From contig NC_091982.1 in NCBI RefSeq assembly GCF_044704955.1, forward strand, positions 196,850,001-196,914,000: DNA of 64,000 nucleotides, written 5' to 3'. Position 1 is the first letter of the stretch. The number at the start of each line of letters is the position of its first letter. Below, in pieces: positions 11,801 through 24,718 of this stretch. Below the pieces are notes generated by a model. That model saw only the letters and a program-made list of their open reading frames with translations. It was not told the origin of the DNA and made no database searches. The position numbers and the translations under genes were made by a program. The stretch comes from Pristiophorus japonicus. Lineage: Eukaryota.

Positions 11801-14800
11801 ATTAAGAAGGTGACTTCCTAGTTATTTTTAAAAAGATTAAAAGTTGATAAAAGTTCCCAATTTATTTCAAAAGTTTCTAAGAGTTGTTAAAAACCTAAGA
11901 TGTAAATCAATAATAGATTATAAAAGTTTCCCAAAGTTAAGTCAAAGATGTAAGTTAATAATAAATGTTTAAAAGTCTTTCGGTTGAGAGTCTAAAATGT
12001 AATTTTTAAAAGTTTTCCCAAATTGTTTAATTAGTTTAAAAGTTAGTTAAAAATTTCAAAAATTAATTAAAAGTTGGTTGGGAGTAGAAGACGACGCCGC
12101 CACGCCTCGGTCCCTTCAGCCGGTTCAGCGCCGGCCTCGGAGTCCCTTCGGCCAGCCCCATATCCTCGAGTCCCTTTGGCAGGGCGTCCCGGAGGTCCCT
12201 TGGCTGGCCAGATGCCCCTGCTCTGTGTGTCCCCGCTGGGCTGGGGCCCCTGCCCCCTCGGTGTTTCCGCTGGGAATTCTTGGAAGGCGGTCTCCACCTC
12301 CAGTTGGCTAGGGGTATCGCTGACAGAAGCAGCGGCGCAGAGTCCCTTCCTCAAGGACAACTCCAACAGCGACAGACCAGAACGCCGCACCGCCACTGTT
12401 GCCCGGGAACTTAGACGCTTCGATATCGACATCGCCGCCCTAAGCAAGACCCGGCGGGCAGGGGAAGGCCAGCTCAAAGAATGAGGGGGAAGTTACACCT
12501 TATTCATGAAAGGTAAACCAGAGGAAGAACGCCACCTCCACGGAGTCGGTTTTGCCATCAAGAGCAAGCTGGTCGACTGCCTCAGGGACTCCCCCTGCGG
12601 AATTGGTGAATGTCTCATGACTCTCCGACTCACCCCTATTCCGGAACCAGTGCGCCAATTATCAGTGGTAACGCCCCAACACTCGACGCAACAGATGAGG
12701 CCAAAGAGGGATTTTACTCCAGCCTCGAACAATTACTGTCCCGAGTTCCTATGAACCACAAACCCGGCGATTTCAACACCAGAGTCGGTAAGAACACAGA
12801 CCTCTGGGAGGCGTGATCGGCAGAGAGGTGGTAAGGAAAACCAACTCCAGCGGTACCCTGCTCCTAACAAAATGCCTAGAACACGACCTTGTCATCACCA
12901 ACACCTTGTTCCGCCAAAGGGACAAGTACAAGGCATCGTGGTAACACCCTCACTCCAAACATTGGCACCTGCTCGACTAAGTCATCGTTCAAGCAAGGGA
13001 TCGCAAGGACGTGTGCATCACCCGTGCCATGACAGGAGCCAACGACTGCTGGACGGACCACCGCCTAATCCGTTCCGTCATCAACATCAACATAGCCCCA
13101 AAGCGACGACGGCAACAGAAGCAGTGCCGCAGAAAAATCAACAGCGGGGCACTCAAAGACCCAGCTAAGAAAGTCCGATACAGCCAGCGCCTCACTGCTA
13201 GCCTAGCGACCCATGATGACCCGAGACGCAGAGTGCCTACAGCGCTTGGTCTGCCCTCCAGGCCAACATAACCAGTGCCTACGAAGAGACGCTCAGTCAC
13301 TCAACCCGGAAAAACTAGGACTGGTTTGATGAGAATGACCAGGAGACCCAAGAGCAAATAAACCGCAAACAAGGGGCATTTCTGAACCTAAAACAGCAAC
13401 CCAACTCAGGAGCAGCAAAGCAGCTTTACGGCTTACGGCAGAGGTCCAATAAAAAACCCACAACCTGAAGAATAGATGGTGGGTGGAGAAACCACAGGAG
13501 ATTCAGCAGCTGACTGACAGCCATGATGTGCGAGGATTCTTCACCGCAGTCAAGTCCACCTACAGCCCAAGCACCCCAGGCCCCACCCCACTGGTGGCCA
13601 AGAACAGGGGGACATTCATCAAGGACACTGAGGCAATCAGGACCCGCTGGAAGGAGCACTTCGAAGATCTCCTTAAAATCGAGACTCTGCCTTTGACACG
13701 AGTGTCCTCAACTCCATCCCACAGCATGCTACCAGTCACCATCTCAGCAAAATCAGAGCCCTGCACGAGGTAGAAAAGGCCATTTGTCAGCTCAAGAACA
13801 ACAAGGCATCAGGAGCGGATGGAATCCCCGCTGAGGCACTGAACTATGGTGGAGAGGCACTATTGGCACGAATGCATGACCTCATCTGGAAGGAGGAGAG
13901 CATGCCAGGAGATCTCAGAAATGCAGTAATTGTGACCATCTTTAAAAAAGGGGACAAATCTGACTGCGGCAACTACAGAGGAATCTCCCGGTTGTCAGCC
14001 ACTGGGAAAGTCATCGCTCGAATCCTCAACCATCTTCTCCGTGGCCGAGAAGCTCCTCCCGGAGTCACAGTGCGGATTCCGTCCACTAAGGGGTATAACA
14101 GACATGCCCTTTACAGCGCGATAACTGCAAGAGAAATGCAGGGAACAGCACCAACCCTTGTACATGGCCTTCTTTGACTTTACAAAGGCCTTTGACAATT
14201 AACCACAAGGGACTATGGAGCGCCCTCCTCCGTTTCGGCTTCCCCCAAAGGTTTGTCGCCATCCTCCGCCTGCTCCACAACGACATGCAAGCCGTGATCC
14301 TGACCAACAGATCCACCACAGACCCAATCAACGTCTGGACCGAGGTCAAGCAATGCTGTGTCATCGCACCAATCTTCTTCTCAATCTTCCTCGCTGCAAT
14401 GCTCCACCTCACACTCAACAAGCTCCCCGCTGGAGTGGAACTAAACTACAGAACCAGCGGGAACCTGTTCAACCTTCGTCGCCTCCAGGCCAGATCCAAG
14501 ACCGTCCCATCCTCTGTCATCGAACTATAGTACGTGGATGACGCTTGTGTCTGCACGAATTCAGAGGCTGAGCTCCAAGTCGTCGTCAACATCTTCACCG
14601 AGGCATACGAAAGCATAGGCCTTACACTAAACATCTGTAAGACAAAAGGTCCTCCACCAACCTGACCCCGCCACACAGCACTGCCCCCCCAGTCATCAAG
14701 ATCCATGGCGCGGCCCTGGACAACATGAAACACTTTCCATACCTCGGAAGCCTATCAGCAAGGGCAGACATAGACGACGAGGTTCAACACCGCCTCCAGT

Positions 14801-15533
14801 GCACCAGCGCAGCCTTCGGCCACCTGAGGAAAAGAGTGTTTGAAGATCAGGCCCTCAAACCTGGCACCAAGCTTATGGTCTACAGGGCTATAGTGATACC
14901 CGCCCTCCTGTATGACTCAGAGACGTGGATCATATACAGTAGACATCTCAAATCACTGGAGAAAGACTACCAACGATGACTCCGCAAGATCCTGCAAATC
15001 TCCTGGGAGGACAGACGCAGCAACATCAGTGTTCTCAACATCCCCAGCATCAAAGCACTGACCACACTCAACCAGCTCCGTTGGGCGGGCCACATTGTTT
15101 GCATGCCCGACACAAGACTCCCAAAGCAAGCGCTCTACTCGGAACTCCTACACGGCAAGCAAGCCCCAGGTGGGCAGAGGAAACGTTTCATGGACACCCT
15201 CAAAGCCTCCTTGATCAAGTGCAACATCACCACCGACACCTGGGAGTCCCTGGCCAAAGACCACTCTAAGTGGAGGAAGAGCATCCGGGAAGGCGCTGAG
15301 CAGCTTGAGTCTCGTCACCGAGAGCATGCAGAAAACAAGCGTAGGCAGCGGAAGGAACGTGCGGGAAACCAGACATGCCATCCACCCTTTCCTCCAACGA
15401 CTGTCTGTCCCACCTGTGACAGAGACTGTAGTTCCCGTTTTGGACTATACAGTCACCTGAGAACTCACTTTTAGAGTAGAAGCAAATTTTCCTTGATTTT
15501 GAGGGACTACCTATGATGATGATGATGACGACG
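8810..15533 (+). mobile_element. Near full-length decayed RTE LINE (APE+RT), interrupted at 9053/12349 by an antisense RTE
   Basis: MKFGTWN start (ATG 9022) resumes as DNSNSDRPERRT at ~12356; RT motifs IFKKGDKSDCGNYRGIS and QCCVIAPIFFSIF; C-terminal CPTCDRDCSSRFGLYSHLRTHF; (ATG)n tail at ~15513-15530; sits in an older minus-strand CR1 (8350-8800, 15535-15700). Confidence 0.9.
9054..12348 (-). mobile_element. RTE LINE with a long 5' UTR and an internal deletion, nested in another RTE
   Basis: ORF 11187-11558 MKFGTGNVRILMDNPNSNRPERRT; YADD motif in ORF 9748-10308; 11-bp TSD CCTCATGGACA (9043-9053) / CCTCAAGGACA (12349-12359); ~0.7-kb deletion at ~10257 joining ETLIKDT to PIHVRTG. Confidence 0.88.
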
Positions 15534-15909
15534 ACTTCTCCTGTCTGCTTTGGTACATTACCTATTACAGAATCCAGCAGTGATTCTTTTCTTGTTGGAC
15601 TTCTTACGTACTGAGTGAGAAAGGAGTCATGTATACACTGTAAAAACAAGTTTCCATTTGATACTTCTTCTGGACAGTTTATTGGGAAAGAGAGAGCCAG
15701 AAGAAACCATTTAGATCAAGTGCATCATTTCTGCAACTGCTCAAAAGCATTTTATCCAGTAGATTTTTTTCCCATTTACAACTCAAAATCTTCATTATAA
15801 CTCCACAGACAGTGAGAATTTAAAGAAAAAAAATCACACAACATATGCATTATATTAAATCGAACAGAAGGCATAACAATTTTTATTGGTAACAAATTTG
15901 AACACTCAC

Positions 15910-15983
15910 ATTTCATTTCTTTTTTCCCAGGCCTTGTAAATCCATTCTGCTCTCATGATGGGAGTGCCCATGCTTACAGCAGC
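15910..15983 (-). CDS. ECT2: ECT2 coding exon 7 (BRCT1 C-terminal part)
   Basis: attacag|GCT GCT GTA...GAA AT|gtgagt; AAVSMGTPIMRAEWIYKAWEKRNE vs human VAVSLGTPIMKPEWIYKAWERRNE. Confidence 0.95.
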
Positions 15984-16029
15984 CTGTAATTAAATCAAGA
16001 CATTATTTTTTATTTTAATCAATTTTCAT

Positions 16030-16390
16030 CCCACCAGCTCTCCTGAAGGCACTGACTGCTGTTGGAGCACAACCACACAAGTGCCAATTGCTCTCAACTA
16101 ACTCATTCAAGAGGCCAGTCTTCATATGGGAGCATATTCAGTTTCAGCAAGCCATTGAACTGTTAGGAGGAAGAGGGGAAGTGAGGGTCAATACAGCTGC
16201 AATGATCAGATCCTTATCGAACACCTATACAAGCACACTTCACACAGTGGCGACTGCATAGCAATCAAAAGCTGGAGTTCTGGCCAAGTTTCCATATTCC
16301 AACCCAGAGTCAGAGGCAAATTGCAGTACCCCTACTATGAACCATGATAGATCAAAAGTCCACTTCTCAAAATCAGCGGGGATTCAAACA
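16030..16390 (-). mobile_element. Old SINE-like repeat (same family as 22590-22900)
   Basis: Reverse-complement similarity to 22590-22900; degenerate B-box-like motif (plus strand gggattcaaac) at the right end. Confidence 0.45.
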
Positions 16391-17264
16391 TCCGCACTGT
16401 GTTGAGATCGTCCCATAATTTGCCTCCTCTGACTACGAGAGGCTGCATCAGGCGCTTATTCTTGGCTAGTCTGTCCTCTTCGCACCCAGATAACTTCGGC
16501 ATGCCTCCCAGTTTAAAAACCTCTGTCGAAACTGAACGGTTATATAAAAATAATTTGTGAAATAACCTAAAATATCAAGGATTTGATTTAATATTGTACC
16601 CATTCTATCAATGACAGATTTTATATCTGTGCACAACTGGTAATCTCACGCAGATAAGATGATCTGTTTTCTATAAAGTACGATACACAAGTTGGTTGGG
16701 TTTACAAGATAGTTACAGATAAGTAAGGCTATTTGGCCCATCTTAATTCATCCATCCAGCAAAATCCTGTAGGTACCCCCCTCCATTGTAGCATATAATT
16801 TATTCTTAAATGTTTCCAGGGCTCTATCCTTCATCATTCTATAACTCAGACCATTGACACCAGCGATCAGCCTTGAGGCTCTTCTCTGCACTGCCTCAAA
16901 CAATTGAATGTGTCCCATATTTCATCTGGCATGATTCTGCCAACATACTTATTTTGTCCAACTCATTCTGTAACTTTTGAGCTGCTTCCTCCAACTTGAC
17001 CGCCCTATCTAGCTTGGTATCATTAGCAAATTTGATCATTTTTCAGCTAGTTCTTGTACCCAGATCATTTACATAAATTAGAAATAGTGGTGTCTTAACA
17101 CCCAGCCCGAGCGCACCCCAAGCGGTATTCTATCTCCCCAGCCCCCGACATAATTCTTTTAAATTAGCTCTCATTTCCAGCCTTTAGCCAAACAGTTTTT
17201 TAATCATTCCCAGGGTTTACCAAGAATTCCACAACTTTTGATGTATGCATGCAATTTCCTTCAC

Positions 17265-17985
17265 AATCATAGAAATTTACAGCACGGAAGGAGGCCATTT
17301 CAGCCCATCGTGTCTGCGCCGGCCGACCAAGAACTATTCAGCTTAATCCCACTTTCCAGCTCTTGGTCCGTAGCCCTGTAGGTTATGGCACTTCAAGTAC
17401 ACTTCCAAGTATTTTTTTTAACGTGGTGAGGGTTTCTGCCTCTACCACCCTTTCAGGCAATGAGTTCCAGCCCCCCACCACCCTCTGGGTGAAGAAATTC
17501 CCCCTCCTATCTTCTCTAAACCTCCCCCCAATTATTTTAAATCTATGCCCCCTGGTTGTTGACCCCTCTACCAAGGGAAACAGGTCGTTTCTATTCAGGA
17601 CCCTCATAATTTTATACAACTCAATCAGGTCTCCCCTTAGCATCTGCTGTTCCAAAGAAAATAGACCCAGCATCTCCAATCTTTCTTCATAGCCGAAATT
17701 CTCCAGTCCAGGCAACATTCTTATAAATCTCCTCTGCACCCTTTCCAGTGTAATCATATCTAATGTGATCAGAACTGCACACGGTACTCCAGCTGCAGCC
17801 TAACCAGTATTTTATACAGTTCAAGCATAACCTCCTTGCTCTTGTATTCCATGCCTCGACTAATAGAAGCAAGTATTCCATATGCCTTCTTAACCACCTG
17901 GCCTGCTACCTTCAGGGATCTATGGATCTGCACTCCAAAGTCCCTTTGTTCCTCTACACTTTTCAGTGTCGTAGCATTTAATGTG
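17265..17985 (-). mobile_element. CR1 LINE 3' fragment
   Basis: ORFs 17383-17757 and 17769-18005 (LELYKILVRLQLEYRVQF, RGDLIELYKIM, FFTQRVVGGWNSLPE); CR1 tail at ~17265. Confidence 0.88.
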
Positions 17986-18040
17986 TACAAGTGCACAATG
18001 TACAAATAAAACAGTTCAGATTATTAAAATTTGTCCATAC

Positions 18041-18148
18041 CCTGAACTTGCCACTTTGGGTAGAATTTGCCACGAGATGAGTTATTTTGCCAGTGTATTC
18101 TTTACGAATTGTTGCTCCCATGTGATGTGCCAGGGCAACAAGAATAAG
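18041..18148 (-). CDS. ECT2: ECT2 coding exon 6 (BRCT1)
   Basis: ttacttgcag|CTT ATT...TTC AGG|gtatgg; LILVALAHHMGATIRKEYTGKITHLVANSTQSGKFR vs human VRLVTLVHHMGGVIRKDFNSKVTHLVANCTQGEKFR. Confidence 0.95.
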
Positions 18149-19123
18149 CTGCAAGTAAAAAGACAACAAATGAATTACACTCTTGTAAATACCAAGGCAT
18201 AGGCAATGAGGAGCTGCAGACATATTTTCACATCTTTGTTACAAAATAAAACAATACAGTTCCAGTATACAGTCAACCCATTAGTTTACAACAGGGTCCA
18301 AAGACATCCAATTTTTCCTTAATAGCTAGCACCCCCACTCATTAGAGTTATCAAATTTGTACAGTACATCTGATACTCTTATTCAAACCTTTTTCAAGTA
18401 GCTCAAGGTTGCCATAATAATCAGCATGCACTAGTCACCCGGCTTTCCTCAATAATAACAGTTTGCATTCAAAAATGAATTATCCATTACCATAAGTATT
18501 CTATAGAACAACAAATACCATACCATGTGGGCTTGCAGTAAAGTTTTAAAACCATTAGTTCAGACCAAACAATATTTCTTAAGAATATTCTGCTACAATC
18601 GGAACTACCACAAAAAGCACAATGTGCACAAGAGAAAACAAAATTATTTCATTATGCAATCAAACTCACTGATAACATTGTTCTACCAATTTGTGAAGTT
18701 CGCAGATTGTTAAAACAATTACATGTTCATAGTCTATTGCTATCCACAGTTGATAGCACCATCATAGGCCCAATAGAAGCAGGTAAGATTTAATCATAAC
18801 TTCTAAATACCCTGTATAATTATTTCAACTACTTTTCCTGGGATCCCAGGTTTTGGATTATTATTGGGGGTGGGCTAAAAACACTAAAAAAATGCAGTTT
18901 AAATCAATTCCTCGCGAATACTTCACTAATTTACAAATTCAGAATTGATGCATGCTTCCTGAACACTAGATGGTCACAATTTAAATGGAAAAAAAACTCC
19001 ATGAGGAACAAAGTGGCTCTGTAGTATAATAAAGTGGTATTGCATATGTTAAACAAAGTGACAATGTTCACTATCAGAATCCTTGTAATACAATACTTCA
19101 TGTTCACCATAAATCAGTCTTAC

Positions 19124-19210
19124 CAACTTCTCTTTCCTGAATCCAGTAAAACACAAGACCAGATTCAACATACTTCTACTGTACAATGGCCGTGATGTGT
19201 AAGGCAGAGG
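19124..19210 (-). CDS. ECT2: ECT2 coding exon 5
   Basis: ccataaag|CCT CTG...AAG TTG|gtaaga; PLPYTSRPLYSRSMLNLVLCFTGFRKEKL vs human PLPFSCRPLYCTSMMNLVLCFTGFRKKEEL. Confidence 0.95.
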
Positions 19211-19352
19211 CTTTATGGAAGAAAGAAAACAAATGCTTCAGTAAAATAACCATTTAAGTGTTTCTAAGTTATCAGTTACGAAATATTCCTAACTCTGATT
19301 TTTTAAAAAAAGAATGTGGGTTGAGCCATCATCATGCCAATTTAAAGTTATA

Positions 19353-20075
19353 GGCCCAGAATTTACAGTCAGCGGCAAAGCAAAGGCATTCGTCGTTGAT
19401 CCCGAAGTTAGCTATGCACAAAGATCTTGACTGATTTTGTGTTTAGTAGTACAGGTTTTGACACGTAATTCAAATCAACATAGTATAGTGGGAATCCCCT
19501 AGTGTGAACTGCTGTGTTGTCAACAAGCTGTCTAAACAGCCAATCAAAATTCAGAATTCTCAGACAACAAACCAGAAAGTGGGCAAGCTCTTAAAATGTT
19601 AATTTGCAAAAATGTTGTTAGAGAGCAAACAAAGATTGGGTATCTCACGTGGGGAAAAGGCAAACTTGAAATAATGAACAAACTTGGAAAAAAAACATTT
19701 AAAAAAATTCTTAATTTTATTTTTATTAAAATGGATAAATTTGACACTGCACAAAATTAAAATTAGCTTTTCAGAGCCATAACCTTTATTTAGCAGTCAA
19801 TATGCTGTTAATACCCCAGTTACAGCTAATCCCTTTAGGTCAAGTGGGGAACTTAACAGGGTAATAACTGCGGAAGAGCCAACGTTTTCATCAGTTTCCC
19901 TGATTTGAGAGATTACACTAATTGCTGTGTGCATGAGCAATACACAGCCTGTGGAGGAGCAGTGAATGACAGACCGAAACTTCAGGATTTCCGCATTAGG
20001 CTGCGCATGCACTAAATCCTGAAGTTGCAGTCAGTTTCAAAGGCAAACTGTTATCAGGACCGCAAATTCCAGGCC
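19353..20075. mobile_element. Non-autonomous TIR element (Harbinger-like)
   Basis: TIR GGCCCAGAATTTACAGTC / GACCGCAAATTCCAGGCC (14/18); TSD ATA (19350-52, 20076-78); related copy at ~42700-43417 in the opposite orientation. Confidence 0.7.
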
Positions 20076-21380
20076 ATAAAAATTGTTGTGCCTTCTACAT
20101 AAGTCTCTACAAGCAGATGGCAGAGGCCAGAACTGAACAGTTTGAGAAGTAAACATCTCCACAACAGGGAAAATTATCTTGCAACTACTTGTGCAAAAAT
20201 CCTCTGGATAATTGTTAAAGTTAATTATATGCTCTTCTGATGTTGCATTGATAGGGATAAGGGAACTTAAAGCTCTACTACTAAAGATGGAGTGCAATGG
20301 GTTAGGGGGAAGACCAGAGGGCACACAAGCCTGAAAAATGTTAAAGGGTGGGATGAGGCAGTGAAAGTATTTGTAGATGTAGGTTGTGGATTTTAAATCC
20401 AATGTACTGGGAGATGAGGAACAGCATAAGGTAGTGTGGTCGAGTGTGATAAGCAAGCAGAACAGGCTGCTGGCAGTGTCCTGGATGAATTGGCAGTTGG
20501 GAGGCTGGCATTGAAGAAGTAGAGGGTGATAACAAAGCTTTCAGTGGCAGTGGAGGTAAGGCAAGGGGGGGGGGGGGGGGTGGAATACTTGCAGTGTTAT
20601 GCAGTTCACTTTTGAAGCACATGATGTTGAGAACATGAAGCAAGCAAGGACATCCATGCAGCTGGAACAACTCCCAGAGGAGTTACAAAATAGTAATTGC
20701 AGCTGTGATTTTTCATATCGACTGATGGCAGTCCTTGGGCAAAAAACTTACGCTTCCTCCTCCAGTGCAGAAGATTGAAATTTCCCAAATTCACCAGTTC
20801 AAACCTTTAAGGTAAATCAGCAGCCAAATAGTAGGTAGATTCACTTTTAGCTGCAGCAGTCATTGCTCAAATTGAAATTATAGTAAGGACTCCACCGTAC
20901 TGAACCTTGACATACGAAAGTTCTAGGGTCACTGAAGATCATGGATGCCATAATGGCAGTTTGCCTGCCTGACCCTTGATGCTACCAAAGGCTTCCCGGG
21001 CAGTTTCTCCACTCAGTTTAATTTTAATTATGCAATTCTCTCCATCCATCTGACCCCAGTTCATATAATAGTCAATGCAGATTCTAATTTTAACAGTGCT
21101 GGAGCACTGTTAATCAGTGAGGGTAGTGGAGAATATGTTGTCGATAAGGATAACTAGTAATTTGCTTCAGAATCAGTCAGAGCACTATCACTTTAGAATA
21201 TTATCCCGATTAAGATTAAACTACACAAAAACCCCATGGCTTCTAGCAATTTATACATTAATAAAATCATTGAGGGTTCTGTTTTTTCTGCCTTCTATCC
21301 CCGCCATCCCACCACCCCTCCCTAAAAAGGTTTTGAAATCCCATTATTTATCACACACATGCATTAATGTTTAACTATAC

Positions 21381-21560
21381 CTCTCCTTTTCTTGCACAGT
21401 GAAGCACAACAGGAGGTCCCAGGATTCGAGTGTCCATCTTGTGCAAGGTCTCATAAGGCTGGCCTTCGAATTCTCCCAACACAAATATCGTCTCAAATTC
21501 AGCATTTTCATGATCAAAATCTTCCACTCTTTCCAACTTAACAAATGGCAGCTTGATTTC
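21381..21560 (-). CDS. ECT2: ECT2 coding exon 4 (BRCT0 region)
   Basis: gacatag|GAA ATC...GGA GAG|gtatag; EIKLPFVKLERVEDFDHENAEFETIFVLGEFEGQPYETLHKMDTRILGPPVVLHCARKGE vs human DIKVGFVKMESVEEF...RVIGPPVVLNCSQKGE. Confidence 0.95.
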
Positions 21561-22589
21561 CTATGTCATTATGAACAAGAAAGAAAAATCAGAAACACAA
21601 AATTATGTGCAGTGCCTACTGCATGGTGCAGAAATTAAGAAAAGGGCTCATCACCTATACTAAAAAAAATCCCCATCAGATTAGTTTTGCAGATTACATG
21701 TTAAGGATTGCATTCTACAATTTTGGATTGGTAATGGTTAAGAATTATTGCTGCAAGTAATTGATTAGAGGACTCAAATTTTCTATGATCATTTCAACTG
21801 CACAAGAAACAATATAGCTGGATATTTGCACCAGTGACACAAAATTAAAAAATTAGGCTCAGCTACTCCAGAATATTTTCCCAAAATTAGATTGGCATCT
21901 TGTTGCACAGCAGATTCGCTGGCTTAACTCTATATTTGATAACTATCATTTGTCTGTACATCAATTTTTTAAAATGACACTGCATACAATCCCCTCACCA
22001 GGACTATGCACCAAGATTTGTTTAAGCTTATGAAGCATAATTCCACAATAAATAATTGTTTCAACCAAATGGTATACATTGCTTCCACAATGACTCTCTC
22101 TGTATGTTATGAAGTATGAAATGAATACGGTGGAACCTCAATTACACTCCATAATGGAGGCGACTGCCCATATGTTAATAGAAGTTAGCAAATATTAGTT
22201 TCCAAACTTGGTCCCATGGAGATGATACTGTAATAACCTAGGCACATTTAGGGTGACAAGTGCAATACAAATGACATTAATTAAATGCAATCTTTCCTTT
22301 AGCTCGAAGGTGGATTTCTCTCAGGCACAAAAGTGTTAATGGGTTTTGCAATCAGGCAACATTTTACATTTTTTATTATCTTTAAGATTATGGCAGAAAA
22401 TTGGAATGCAGATAATTGAGAAGCCACTATTTTTAGCTGAGGTGAAAATGTGGACTCATCTAGTTGCCAAATACCAAAAAGTTCATGCCAAATCATCGCT
22501 TTTATCAAAAAGTTGTACAATGGATAAAGTAAGTACTGTTAGGCTTGTCTGTACTCAGAAGCTCCTTGCTGGCCCAGTAAGAGAGGGGT

Positions 22590-22900
22590 TTATATGAAGT
22601 ACAACTAAACCATAGAGAACAGGAGATCCTAGGTTTGATTCCCTGCCTGAGCCGAGGTGGCTGTTCTAAGCTGGGGCAATAATTGGGGTATTAGTTAGCC
22701 TCAGCATGCAAAGGCTGACGATCCAGTGACCGCTGCTGCAATGCATGTGTGCCTGGACATTGGGAGAGTACAGAATTGGCTTGGCTGTGATATTCTCCAT
22801 GGCAACTGTCTACATTGACCACCTAGGTTCACACATGAAAGAAATGGGTCATTTGAGCATCCGTGGGCATGCACTGCAGCACCTTCAGCAATAGAACAGA
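22590..22900 (+). mobile_element. Old tRNA-derived SINE-like repeat
   Basis: B-box-like GGTTTGATTCC at ~22632; (GAAA)n-like tail; paralog at 16030-16390. Confidence 0.45.
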
Positions 22901-23902
22901 AGAAAGAAAGAAAGAAATGTACTAAAACCTTTGTTTACATAAAATAAATGTCTTCATTGTCTAATGTTAAAATAGTTTGCAGAAAATGAAAATGAAGTTT
23001 TCCAGATGCAGATCATCAACCATGCAGCGCTTTGGAGAATCTTGCATTTCAAAAAAAAAAAGAGAATTTGAGAGACTACATTAAACAGTATGTTGCAAGT
23101 GGGGTTCTGGTTAGTTCCTGGTAAAAATCCTTGCAAAGCAAGTGAGAACAAAAATGCAGTTTTCAGATGGTAGGTGACAGATTTCTTTACAAGCACGGAG
23201 ACACGACAATGCTAAAATCCCAAACCATAAACCCACTATGTATGTGCACAACACTACAATACTGATTATAAAATAGATCTTGCTGCTGGAAAATGATACA
23301 GGTAAGAATTCCAGTCTTACCTTCTTGCATTAAAATGGTTTAAAACGATAGGCAAGTATACACTATTAAGTAAAAGATACATTTTTTGAGGTATCAAGCA
23401 TTTGTGGATACCGTCTGTAAGGTAAGAACCAAACAAAAAAGTATACACCTACAGAATTTCCCCAAGGATTTTCTATTCCATTAGATAAAGAACAGTAAAC
23501 TAAATCATAACCCTGTTCACTTGATATTATTGCTTCAACCAGATTGTTTCAGTTTCCAACAGAAGCTCACGTGCACAAGATATCAACAACATACCACTTA
23601 ACAAAAAAATCTAGTCAAATGTATAGGTCCAAGCTGGCAACATTGATTAGTTTAGAAAACCCAAAGAAAGGTCCCAAAGTGGACATGAGTGATAAAAATG
23701 TAATTTTTAGAAAATTATCAAGATTTTTTTTTGGTTTTAGAACATAAATTAGCTGAGAGTGAAAAGTTTCCACAGTTTCTCCCCATGTTTGAAATTCTAG
23801 ATATTAAACAGATTTCCTTAATTCCAAGACAAATTTGGAGTGCACAGGCCAACGTGAACTTGCAGGCAGGTGGAATTTGTTCCCAAGATCAACAAAACCT
23901 AC

Positions 23903-23998
23903 CATATTTACAATAGATTTTATAAACCGTTGTCCCAACTTGCTATTAGGCGAGCTTTCCTTCACCTTCATCAAAGGAACTTCCATTTCTTTAACTGT
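23903..23998 (-). CDS. ECT2: ECT2 coding exon 3 (symmetric cassette exon)
   Basis: cttcacag|ACA GTT...AAT ATG|gtaggt; 96 nt, phase 0-0; TVKEMEVPLMKVKESSPNSKLGQRFIKSIVNM vs human TIKIMEVPVIKIKESCPGKSDEKLIKSVINM. Confidence 0.9.
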
Positions 23999-24718
23999 CT
24001 GTGAAGTAACAAGAGTTAATACAAGAAAGCAAACCACTAGATTTAGAAGCCAAAGAGTTCCATTTACTGCTGTATTGCAGTTTTGTGCATTTTGTATTTT
24101 AATATCTTATTTGCCAAATTTATTTTGCATGAATACAAGGCGAGGACAGGGTCAGGTACAACAATAATGCCTGCCACTTTTCCCCCTCCTGAGTTACGCA
24201 GCCCCCTAGCGCTCAGACCAGTTTCACATTAGTAATGGCCGCTCGAGATATCAGAGTGCCTCACTCATACAACCAATCCTAATATGAGTTTTTGCCTTTG
24301 GAAAGGCACAGATAAAAAAGGAGAAAAAATTGAGAAGGAGGAATTTTTGAGAACCAATAAAAGTAAAAATAGAAAACAAAACACTATGCCCCAAAATTTA
24401 AAAGTCACCCAACAGGTAAAATGGGACTGCATTACAATTAACCACTGAAATGTTCTGCCACAGAAGATATCAAATATTGTCCCAGTTTTATATCAATAGG
24501 TCAGCTTTAGCCGTTGCTTGTGAAGCTGACAGAGTTATGTACCAGAACTGCAAATTGAGACAGTAACCAAAGTCATTGAGCTGAAATTAACTTGTCAAAC
24601 TGGTTATTTATTTTTGAAAAAGTGATGTCAATAAAAAAAGCTGGAAGAAAATAAATCAGGGGTTTAAAATATGGAATGCTTTTCAAGACACTTCATATGC
24701 CAACCTTTAATCAACACG

